DNA from: an uncultured Gemmatimonadales bacterium
GTDB taxonomy: Bacteria; Gemmatimonadota; Gemmatimonadetes; Gemmatimonadales; Gemmatimonadaceae
Direction of reading: 5' to 3'
DNA length: 64,000 bases
Assembly: GCA_963850905.1 (NCBI GenBank)
Contig: CAWKMU010000003.1
Span: 3,040,001 to 3,104,000, forward strand
This document shows, piece by piece, positions 9,754 through 17,607 of the stretch; positions within the stretch are counted from its first letter, which is position 1, and the number at the start of each line of letters is the position of its first letter. A model generated the notes under the pieces. It was not told where the DNA came from, searched no databases, and saw only the letters and a program-made list of their open reading frames with translations. Both the position numbers and the translations under genes were made by a program.

Positions 9754-12110
9754 TCGAGGCGTGTCGACCGTCGGCGGCCATGCTCGGCACGGTGGCCGTC
9801 CTCTGCTGCTCGATCGGCGGGTCGTATGGCCTCCAGGCGCAGGAACTCGCCGATAGCGGCCGCGTGGCCTTCTCCGCTCGCTGCGCTGGGTGTCATGGTG
9901 GCGACGGTGCAGGAGGCGAGCACGGTCCGGATCTGGTCGACGTACCAGAGCAGGGCGGCAGCGGGATCGCGACGCTGTCAGTCGACCGGTTGCGCGACAT
10001 CGTCACCCATGGGGTCCCGGGTGGCGGCATGCCGGCCTTCACGATGCCGAGCGAAGAGCTCGACGCGATTGCGGCGTATGTGATGGCCCTCCGCGCCCCC
10101 GCATCGGACCACCCGACGGCGGGCGACTCCGCCGCGGGCGAACGATACTTTTTTGGTGACGGCCAGTGCGCCACGTGCCACACCGTCGCCGGCCGCGGCG
10201 GTGCACTCGGTCCGGACCTGTCCAATCTCGCTCGCTCGCAGAAGCTCTCGCGGATCGAAGCGACGCTGCGCAATCCGAATGGACAGGTCACTCCAGGCTT
10301 TCGGGTCGTGACGGTGCGGCTGCGCGATGGGCGCACGATCCGTGGCCTCGCGAAGAACGAGAGCAACTACGACTTGCAGCTCGAGGACCTGTCGGGCCAT
10401 CTCCATCTCCTCCTCCAGAGCGACATCGCGCAGGAGACGCAGGAGCCGGGCTCGATCATGCCCGCGATGCACGCGACGCCATCCCAGGCGCGGGACGTGG
10501 TCGCGTATCTCACCCGTCTGACCACGACTGCGCAGCCGCTCGCGCCAGGACCAACGCAGGCATCGGGACGGAGCGATGTCTTGCCGTTCGACGCCGTGAT
10601 CACGCCGCGGTCGGGCGACTGGCCGACCTACCACGGTATGCTCACCGGGAATCGGTATAGCTCGCTCCGCGAGATCGACACGATCAACGTTCGACGCGTC
10701 GCACCGCGCTGGATGTTTCCTATACCCGACGCGACGCGCCTCGAAGTCACGCCGGTCGTTGCGGGTGGCGTCATGTACGTCACGGCCGCGAACGAGGCGT
10801 TTGCGCTCGACGCGCGCACGGGCCGCCAGATCTGGCACTACGCCCGACCGCTCACCAAAGGCGTGATCGGAGACGCGGGAGGCGCCATCAACCGCGGCGT
10901 GGCGTTGCTCAATGATCGACTCTTTATGGTCACCGACCATGCGCACCTCATCGCGCTGTCGCGCACCGACGGGCGAGTGCTGTGGGATGTGCAGATGGCC
11001 GATTTCCATCAGCATTACGGGGCCACATCGGCGCCGCTGGTCGTGCACGACCTGGTGCTGTCCGGCACATCGGGCGGCGATGAAGGCGACCGCGGGTTCA
11101 TCGATGCGTATCGCGCGGCGACTGGTGAACACGTGTGGCGGTTCTGGACCATGCCCGCACCGGGAGATTCTCTTGCCCGCACCTGGCAGGGTCGCGCGAT
11201 CGAGCACGGATGCGTGGCCGCGTGGCTCACCGGGACGTTTGACGCTTCGACGAATGTGCTCTATTGGACAACCGGCAATCCCTGCCCGGACTACAACGGC
11301 GATGAGCGCCGCGGAGACAACCTCTATTCCAGCTCGGTCCTCGCGCTCGAGCCTGCAACCGGCAGGCTTCGGTGGTTCTTTCAGTTCACGCCCCACGACC
11401 TGCATGACTGGGACGCGTCGCAGACACCGCTGTTGCTCGACGCGACGTTTCACGGCCGTCCGCGCAAACTGCTCGCGCAGGCCAACCGCAACGGGTTCTT
11501 CTACGTGCTCGATCGCACGACGGGAGAGTTGCTTCTTGCCACACCGTTCGTGCACAAGCTCACGTGGTCGGATGGCATAGGCGAAGATGGGAAACCCCAC
11601 GTGTTGCCGGGCTCCGAACCGACCGTGCAGGGAGTCAAGGTGTGTCCGTCCGTCGAAGGTGCGTCTAATTGGATGGCGACGGCCTACAATCCATCGACTG
11701 GGCTATTCTACGTCATGGCCCTCGAGGCGTGCAGCATTGACAGCAAGTCCAGCACGTGGTGGCAACAGGGCGAGTCGTTTTACGGCGGCGCGAGCAGCCG
11801 CGTGCCAGGCGAGCATCGCGAGAAGTTTCTGCGTGCGCTCGACCTGCAAACGGGCAAGACCGTGTGGGAGGTGCCACAAGTCGGAGAAGGGAATAGCTGG
11901 GGCGGCGTGCTCTCCACCGCCGGCGGTCTCGTGTTCTATGGGGACGACACGGGCGCGCTCGCCGCGGTCAACGCAAGAACTGGCGTCCCTCTCTGGCACT
12001 TCCAGACCAGCGAATCCTTCCGGGCGTCGCCGATGACGTACGCGGTGGACGGCAAGCAGTACGTCGCGGTGGCCGCCGGCTCGAATATTGTGTCGTTCGC
12101 ATTGCCATAG
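9750..12110 (+). CDS. PQQ-dependent dehydrogenase-family protein with two N-terminal c-type cytochrome domains
   Basis: CAGCH and CATCH heme motifs; GPDLS; WPTYHG..GNRYSSL, NRGVA, GNPCPD, RRGDNLYSSSVLAL, FQFTPHDLHDWD, NRNGFFYVLDR, PMTYAVDGKQYVAV. Confidence 0.9.
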   Translation: MIEACRPSAAMLGTVAVLCCSIGGSYGLQAQELADSGRVAFSARCAGCHGGDGAGGEHGPDLVDVPEQGGSGIATLSVDRLRDIVTHGVPGGGMPAFTMPSEELDAIAAYVMALRAPASDHPTAGDSAAGERYFFGDGQCATCHTVAGRGGALGPDLSNLARSQKLSRIEATLRNPNGQVTPGFRVVTVRLRDGRTIRGLAKNESNYDLQLEDLSGHLHLLLQSDIAQETQEPGSIMPAMHATPSQARDVVAYLTRLTTTAQPLAPGPTQASGRSDVLPFDAVITPRSGDWPTYHGMLTGNRYSSLREIDTINVRRVAPRWMFPIPDATRLEVTPVVAGGVMYVTAANEAFALDARTGRQIWHYARPLTKGVIGDAGGAINRGVALLNDRLFMVTDHAHLIALSRTDGRVLWDVQMADFHQHYGATSAPLVVHDLVLSGTSGGDEGDRGFIDAYRAATGEHVWRFWTMPAPGDSLARTWQGRAIEHGCVAAWLTGTFDASTNVLYWTTGNPCPDYNGDERRGDNLYSSSVLALEPATGRLRWFFQFTPHDLHDWDASQTPLLLDATFHGRPRKLLAQANRNGFFYVLDRTTGELLLATPFVHKLTWSDGIGEDGKPHVLPGSEPTVQGVKVCPSVEGASNWMATAYNPSTGLFYVMALEACSIDSKSSTWWQQGESFYGGASSRVPGEHREKFLRALDLQTGKTVWEVPQVGEGNSWGGVLSTAGGLVFYGDDTGALAAVNARTGVPLWHFQTSESFRASPMTYAVDGKQYVAVAAGSNIVSFALP

Positions 12111-12167
12111 GCCGAACGAACACCTTGTTCGTTTGTCCCGACTCCACCCCTTCAAACCACCTCTGCC

Positions 12168-12443
12168 ATGCCATGTTTTCTAGCGATTCTCGCGCTGGCG
12201 ACCCCGCGCCTCGTGGTCGCGCTGGTCTGGTTCTTCTCAACGTGGTTCCAGGGGATCTTTCCCACTCCGCTCTGGCCAGTGCTCGGCTTTGTGTTCTTGC
12301 CGACCACGTTGCTCTGGTACACGGCTGTTCAACACTGGTACGCCGGGCACTGGACGGTGGGGCCTATTATCGGCCTCGTGATCGCCCTCATGATCGACGT
12401 ATCGCCGGCCAGCAAGGCAGGAGGACGGCAGCGGGCTGGCTAG
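12168..12443 (+). CDS. Small hydrophobic membrane protein
   Basis: 91 aa with about three hydrophobic segments; PRL and FLPTTLLWY motifs. Confidence 0.65.
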   Translation: MPCFLAILALATPRLVVALVWFFSTWFQGIFPTPLWPVLGFVFLPTTLLWYTAVQHWYAGHWTVGPIIGLVIALMIDVSPASKAGGRQRAG

Positions 12444-12504
12444 AGGGTCTGGGGTCCGTACCGCGGAAGGGCCCAACCGCTCGCAACGACTCGAGATGGG
12501 GCGG

Positions 12505-12527
12505 GCGGGGCGACGCCTGCGTTGCCC
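12505..12527 (+). repeat. Degenerate REP hairpin
   Basis: GCGGGGCGACGCCTGCGTTGCCC. Confidence 0.55.
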
Positions 12528-13946
12528 GACGCGTCGTATCCCTGCGAATGGCCCGCTCGTCTTCTCAGCGTCGTGCCACAACCCTCTTCCGCCGCCTGGC
12601 GTTCGCCAAGCAGGCAAGTCCGACTACGGGGTCGCCGCGGGGCGGTCGAGATCCCTGCGAGCACCGCCGCCGTCGTCGGCCTGCTCGTCGGCGTGTCGCT
12701 CGTCGTCGGAGCGGTAGGCGGCTATCGGATCGCCACGTTCGTCACGCAGCAACGGGGCTCGGTCGCGGTCGCCGCCGCGCCGTCGGATAGCACGACGGTC
12801 CCGGACTCGACCAAGCAGTTGGCCCAGAGCTGCATGGGCAAGCCCGCCTCGATCAAGATGACGTGCTACCGGGCGGTCCTCGATCAGCGAATCGCCAATG
12901 GCGGCGTTGCCGGTGCGCTGAACATGTTGCGCGACCTCTCGCAATCCGATCCCGATGTCGATCGCGAAATGCACATGTACGCGCACGGCATTGGCATCGA
13001 TGCATTTCGGCGCACGCCCGACATCGACAAGACATTCTCGCATTGCACGCCGGAGTTCGCGTCGGGATGCTACCACGGTGTGCTACAGGCCTACTTCGAC
13101 ATGCGTGGAACCGCCGACCCTCAGGTGGTCGAGGGCGCGTGCGCACCATACGAGAACGCCGCGGAGAAGCGCTGGCTCCTCTTTCAATGTTTGCACGGCA
13201 TGGGTCACGGCCTCAACATGGCGCTCGACCATGACCTGCCCAAGGCCCTCGTCGCGTGCGATCTCCTGGGCGACCGGTGGCACCGGGAATCGTGCTATGG
13301 CGGCGCGTTCATGGAGAACATCACGCACGCCACGGAGCCGGACCACCCGGCAACCTTGTTGGCCGCGCACGACCACTCGAAGACCAACGGCATGGCGTCG
13401 ATGATAGGCATGCACATGGGGAACGGCGGGTCGGGCCGAGAGACGTTCAAGGCAATCGACTCGACGGACAAGCAGTACCCATGCTCGATCGTGGGCGATC
13501 GCTACGCGCGCGAATGCTACCGTATTCAGACCGCGCTCATGCTGTATCTGGACCACTCGAGCATCCCGAAGGCCGCGCACGACTGCGACAACGCGGCATC
13601 AAGTTATCGCTCGTGGTGCTACGAGAGCCTCGGCCGTGACATCAGCGCCTTCGCGAACTATCAGACGGGCGTCGCCGTTCGCCTCTGCACCGTGGGAACG
13701 CCATCGCTGCGGCAATACTGCTATTCAGGCGCGGCCGAGAGCTTCGTCGACAATCACGCCAAGGCCGACGCGGGGTTTGCGATCTGCGCGGCAGTTCCGC
13801 TGGCCAGCGACAAGCCGATTTGTTATCAGCGGGTCGGCGAGCTCGTGATGTCGCTGGCTTCCACGACGGCCGAACGCGAAGCGATATGCACCCTCCCGAC
13901 GCCTGCTGCCACCAAGGCCTGTCGCAAGGGTGCGCAACTCTCCTAG
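12522..13946 (+). CDS. Exported Cys-rich repeat protein with HG motifs, unknown function
   Basis: N-terminal TM anchor; 18 Cys in regular pairs; HMYAHGIG, CYHG, CLHGMGHG, CYGGAFMEN; start uncertain (possibly ATG 12548 via a +1 indel). Confidence 0.75.
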   Translation: MPDASYPCEWPARLLSVVPQPSSAAWRSPSRQVRLRGRRGAVEIPASTAAVVGLLVGVSLVVGAVGGYRIATFVTQQRGSVAVAAAPSDSTTVPDSTKQLAQSCMGKPASIKMTCYRAVLDQRIANGGVAGALNMLRDLSQSDPDVDREMHMYAHGIGIDAFRRTPDIDKTFSHCTPEFASGCYHGVLQAYFDMRGTADPQVVEGACAPYENAAEKRWLLFQCLHGMGHGLNMALDHDLPKALVACDLLGDRWHRESCYGGAFMENITHATEPDHPATLLAAHDHSKTNGMASMIGMHMGNGGSGRETFKAIDSTDKQYPCSIVGDRYARECYRIQTALMLYLDHSSIPKAAHDCDNAASSYRSWCYESLGRDISAFANYQTGVAVRLCTVGTPSLRQYCYSGAAESFVDNHAKADAGFAICAAVPLASDKPICYQRVGELVMSLASTTAEREAICTLPTPAATKACRKGAQLS

Positions 13947-13952
13947 CCGCGG

Positions 13953-14201
13953 CTACTGTTGCTGTCCCTGCTGCTCGACGCAGTTGGACCCTTCCGAGAT
14001 GAAGAGCACCTTGCCGGCACCCCACGTATAGGTGGTGGTGTCGCCGCTCGCCGAGACGGATAGGGGCGGGCCGTATAACAGCGCCGCTTCCTGCTCGTCG
14101 GACGCACACGCCCCCGACGGCGCCGTCGCCGAAGTGCCGCAGGCGGCCAGCAAACAGGTGGCGGCGATAACGAGCCCAGGTAGAAGGCGTGCCGTGTTCA
14201 T
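13953..14201 (-). CDS. Small hypothetical lipoprotein (82 aa)
   Basis: GGAG RBS on minus strand; MNTARLLPGLVIAATCLLAAC lipobox; two further Cys. Confidence 0.6.
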   Translation of the reverse strand: MNTARLLPGLVIAATCLLAACGTSATAPSGACASDEQEAALLYGPPLSVSASGDTTTYTWGAGKVLFISEGSNCVEQQGQQQ

Positions 14202-14432
14202 AAGAAGTTCTCCGCAACGGGGCAATCGGGTCCTACCGTGCATTATAGCCGCCAACCGCCTGGCGTTGGTTGTCCATTGGTCGCACCCCCGGTCCGCGAG
14301 CGAGTGCTGGGGTCCGGTCGTTCTGCCGCACCTCGCGAGAAACCGCCGCATCGCGCCGTACAGGGATTGAACGGTGCGGTGCATCACAACTGTAACGCTT
14401 TGTATGACAATATGTTACGCCAGCAAGAGCGC

Positions 14433-14448
14433 CGGCAACGGACTTGCT
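14433..14448 (+). promoter_or_regulatory. Putative sigma54 (-24/-12) promoter of the pilin gene
   Basis: CGGCAACGGACTTGCT has GG-N10-GC spacing; AT-rich IHF-like palindrome just upstream (14391-14419). Confidence 0.6.
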
Positions 14449-14561
14449 TTCTGCTAGTCGCGGATTGGGCACGGCGCGAAACGAAGGGTTCGCGAGTGAC
14501 GCCAGCGATGGCAACGATCGGCCGAAGCCCGAAGTCCATACACCACCTCTAGGAGTAAGCA

Positions 14562-14951
14562 ATGACGCAGAACCGGAAGGGCTTCACGCTGATCGAGTTG
14601 TTGATCGTGGTCGTCATCATCGGCATTTTGGCCGCGATCGCGATTCCGAAGTTCGCCAACACGAAGCAACAGGCCTACCTGGCGACCCTCAAGTCGGACC
14701 TGCGCAACTTGGTCACGGCCGAGGAGGCGTACTTCGCAGACAACACCACCTACACGACGTCGTTGTCGACCACGCAGTTCGACGCGTCGCAGGGTGTGAC
14801 GTACAACGTGTCGAACGCGAGCGGGACGGGCTGGGAAGCGACCGCGACGCACGTCGGGTTGGTCGGTGCCACGCCGTCGGGGTGCCACATTGCAATCGGC
14901 ACGTACGCGACGACTGCAAGCGAGGACGAAGGCGCGCCGTACTGCCCGTAA
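14562..14951 (+). CDS. Type IV pilin (prepilin N-terminal methylation domain)
   Basis: KGFTLIELLIVVVIIGILAAIAIPKF; AGGAG RBS; C-terminal Cys pair. Confidence 0.95.
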   Translation: MTQNRKGFTLIELLIVVVIIGILAAIAIPKFANTKQQAYLATLKSDLRNLVTAEEAYFADNTTYTTSLSTTQFDASQGVTYNVSNASGTGWEATATHVGLVGATPSGCHIAIGTYATTASEDEGAPYCP

Positions 14952-14978
14952 CAGGCAGCAGCAGGAGCGCAATGGTTC

Positions 14979-15161
14979 GAGGGCCAGCTGCGGGCGACCG
15001 CGGCTGGCCCTCGGTGCGTCAAGGACTTAACGGCGGGGCCAGGGGTCAGCGGTCAGGGGTCAGGGGAACAAACCACCGGGGCCAGTCGTAGCGTATCCTG
15101 ATGGAACCCAGTGTTTGGGTTGCCTGACCCCTGACACCTGAACCCTGACCCCTCGCCGTTA
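14979..15161. repeat. GAGGGCCAG core hairpin followed by a GGGTCAG/CTGACCC heptamer-arm palindrome
   Basis: Core 14979-15012; arms 15028-15066 and 15123-15161. Confidence 0.75.
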
Positions 15162-15172
15162 CCTTCTCCTCT

Positions 15173-16411
15173 ATGCAGGTCCCCGTATCCATGCCCGCCG
15201 TCCGGCGGGCGATCCTGGTTGGCACCGCTTGCCTCGCCGCCCTGAGCATTGCCTCGAAGTCTGCGGGCGCCCAACTCCCGGCTCAAATGCCGATGCACGG
15301 GGGCCGGGGCGGCGGGCAGAACCACGTTAAACCACCTCCGCCCATCGATTCGTCTGCGGTGCCCAAACCTGAGCAGAAAATGGGCTGCGCCGTCTTTGAC
15401 GTCCGACTCAACGCTGGCACGTTCGTGACCGTCGCCCGGGCGGCCGGGGCGCCGCGCTGCGGCCCCATCGACCCCATCCTCGTTGGGCAGCCAGTGTTCG
15501 ACTCAGTCAACCGCGTCGTCACGATGCCCATAGCACTCGTCAACCGGGGCATCGACCGACTCCATGCACCGATCGCGCTCGTCGCGGGTCGCGCAGCTCT
15601 CGTCGTGACGTCGGGCGCGCCGGTGGTGCGCGTCGACAGTCCGGCTGCGGTCCCCGTGAAACCGCCCTCGCCCACACCGCCCCCTTTAGTGCCATCGCCA
15701 GCCCCAACCCCCAACGCCGCACCTGGGACGGTGGTGCTCGTGGGTGGCGCCAATCCCTTCGGCGCGGCACCCGCTTCGACCGCTCCCTCCAACGGACCGG
15801 GCCTTCCGGCCCGCCCAGTGGACGCCCTGCACTTCGTCGGAGCGGAGACGCTGCCCCTCATCGACAGCACGGGGGCCGAGTCCCCAGCCGTGCGGTGGAG
15901 CTTCGAGAAGCTGCTAGCGAGACCGGGCCACGATCCCGTGACCGCCGATGACGGCACGATAGAGTTGCGCGCGGGCGACACCACCGCTGCGCGCACCGTC
16001 ACGGTCTCGGTGCCGAAAGGCGTGACCGGTTTTAACGTGGGTCTCGAGGGCACGGGGACCTACGTGTTCACAGTGCCATTCCGCGCCTCTGAGACGATCC
16101 CGCGCGACGAGCAGGAGGATTCACGCGCGCCGGACAATATCCTGACCGACGTGCCGGGGTTGCCCGGCCGCGTCGTACGCAACAAGCTCTGGGTCATGTT
16201 CAGGCCCGACGCATCGCCGGAGCAGCGACAAGCCGCGGTCGACTCTGTCGATGCCGTCGTGGTTGGCGGCATGCTCCGCGGAACGGACCGCTATTACTAT
16301 CTCCGCATTACGGCCAATCCCGACAGCGGCGCCGCGCCGCTCGAGCGCGCGCTGCGGACACTCGCCCCGATGGCGCAGGTGCAGGACGTGATGCCGGATC
16401 GACTGCCGTAG
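15173..16411 (+). CDS. Secreted hypothetical protein with Pro-rich linker and C-terminal subtilase-propeptide-like domain
   Basis: Signal peptide (AGAQ); PPSPTPPP linker; C-terminal NKLWVMFRPDASPEQRQAAV...QVQDVMPD. Confidence 0.6.
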   Translation: MQVPVSMPAVRRAILVGTACLAALSIASKSAGAQLPAQMPMHGGRGGGQNHVKPPPPIDSSAVPKPEQKMGCAVFDVRLNAGTFVTVARAAGAPRCGPIDPILVGQPVFDSVNRVVTMPIALVNRGIDRLHAPIALVAGRAALVVTSGAPVVRVDSPAAVPVKPPSPTPPPLVPSPAPTPNAAPGTVVLVGGANPFGAAPASTAPSNGPGLPARPVDALHFVGAETLPLIDSTGAESPAVRWSFEKLLARPGHDPVTADDGTIELRAGDTTAARTVTVSVPKGVTGFNVGLEGTGTYVFTVPFRASETIPRDEQEDSRAPDNILTDVPGLPGRVVRNKLWVMFRPDASPEQRQAAVDSVDAVVVGGMLRGTDRYYYLRITANPDSGAAPLERALRTLAPMAQVQDVMPDRLP

Positions 16412-16414
16412 CAA

Positions 16415-16526
16415 CAACAGCGGGGTCAGGGGTCAGGGGCCAGGAAAAACTCGACGGGCAGTGGCACATCAGCGCCGCCGCCCACATAGTTTCTTCCCCT
16501 GACCCCTGATCCCTGACCCCGCTGTT
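16415..16526. repeat. GGGTCAG/CTGACCC heptamer-arm palindrome
   Basis: AACAGCGGGGTCAGGGGTCAGGGG ... CCCCTGACCCCTGATCCCTGACCCCGCTGTT. Confidence 0.75.
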
Positions 16527-16564
16527 CAGGCTTGTCTCCTTCTCGCCCCTTACTCCATTCCCCC

Positions 16565-16969
16565 ATGCCCGAAACCACTGCTGCCACCCCCACCCCCAGC
16601 TTCCACCGCTGGGAGTCCATGCCCCGCGAGACGCTGTCGCCGCTGCTCGCACGGCGACTCATTACCGGTGAGCGGATGATGATGGCGCACGTGTACCTGA
16701 AGCGCGGCTGCGTCGTCCCCCTGCACTCGCATATGAACGAGCAGATGACGTACATCCTCGAGGGGGCGCTCCGCCTCTGGCTCGGCACGGAAGGGACGCC
16801 GGACCATCATGTCTATGACGTGCACGCGGGTGAGGTCCTGGTCATTCCGCCGCACGTGCCGCACCGAGCGGAGGCGCTCGAAGACACCCTCGATCTCGAC
16901 ATTTTCTGCCCACCGCGTCAGGACTGGCTCGATGGGACCGACCACTATCTCCGCGCGCCGGCGCGGTGA
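16565..16969 (+). CDS. Cupin domain protein
   Basis: VPLHSHMNEQMTYILEG and GEVLVIPPHVPHRAEALED cupin motifs; DIFCPPRQDW. Confidence 0.9.
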   Translation: MPETTAATPTPSFHRWESMPRETLSPLLARRLITGERMMMAHVYLKRGCVVPLHSHMNEQMTYILEGALRLWLGTEGTPDHHVYDVHAGEVLVIPPHVPHRAEALEDTLDLDIFCPPRQDWLDGTDHYLRAPAR

Positions 16970-17134
16970 ACCCGCTGATGTTGTGGCACGCTCAGATCCT
17001 CGACGGCAGGGCCAGTGTGCCGCAGCGGTGGCAGATGTCAACACCGTTGGCCAAACTGTCGGTGGATCGCTGCCTTGAATTCGTGAACTGGTTGAGGGGT
17101 TGAGAGTTAAGCCATGGAAGGGCAGGGAAGAGTT

Positions 17135-17170
17135 GGGGGCCACGGGACTGTCTCCGTGGCCCCCGTTCTA
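17135..17170 (+). terminator. GC-rich hairpin, probable intrinsic terminator
   Basis: GGGGGCCACGGGA-ctg-TCTCCGTGGCCCCC followed by GTTCTATT. Confidence 0.55.
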
Positions 17171-17269
17171 TTGTGTCTGTGTCGACAACTCTCGCAATCC
17201 ACTCGTGGAGAGACCGACCATCCCCTTTCCCTAACCTATCGCTAACGCCAAGTCCCTCGGTCGCCGCCT

Positions 17270-17307
17270 CTGCCATTATTGACACGCAATGGCAGGAGAG
17301 TTATCTA
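17270..17307 (+). promoter_or_regulatory. Sigma70-type promoter of susC-1 with overlapping inverted-repeat operator
   Basis: TTGACA (17279-84)-17 nt-TATCTA (17302-07); CTGCCATT-N10-AATGGCAG (17270-95) straddles the -35. Confidence 0.65.
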
Positions 17308-17607
17308 AGGCGCGCGCGAATAAAAAGGTCATAATGAAATTCACCCCCGAGATCCGGGGCCCCTGAGGACTAGTCGTCGGGGGCCGACGTGCTTGGTGAG
17401 GGACGGATTTGCACGGTTGGTCAACCATTCGAAGAGGAGACCCTATCGCGGAGAGTGATGTTCGCGCAGTGCAGGAAATCGGTCTACCACGCGAGTAGTC
17501 GACACGCACTCGGCGGTGCGCGCCGGCAGTAACTCGCGAATCCGTCCGTGCCAGAGCTGGCGCGGGCGGCAAGTAGCTCAATCACGGATCCCACTAGAGG
17601 GGGATAC

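Noticed and set aside
12522..13946. Multiheme cytochrome
   Set aside because: Motifs are CxH, not CxxCH.
17313..17607. Cobalamin, TPP or glycine riboswitch upstream of susC-1
   Set aside because: Diagnostic conserved boxes not found by eye; kept only as an unknown structured leader.
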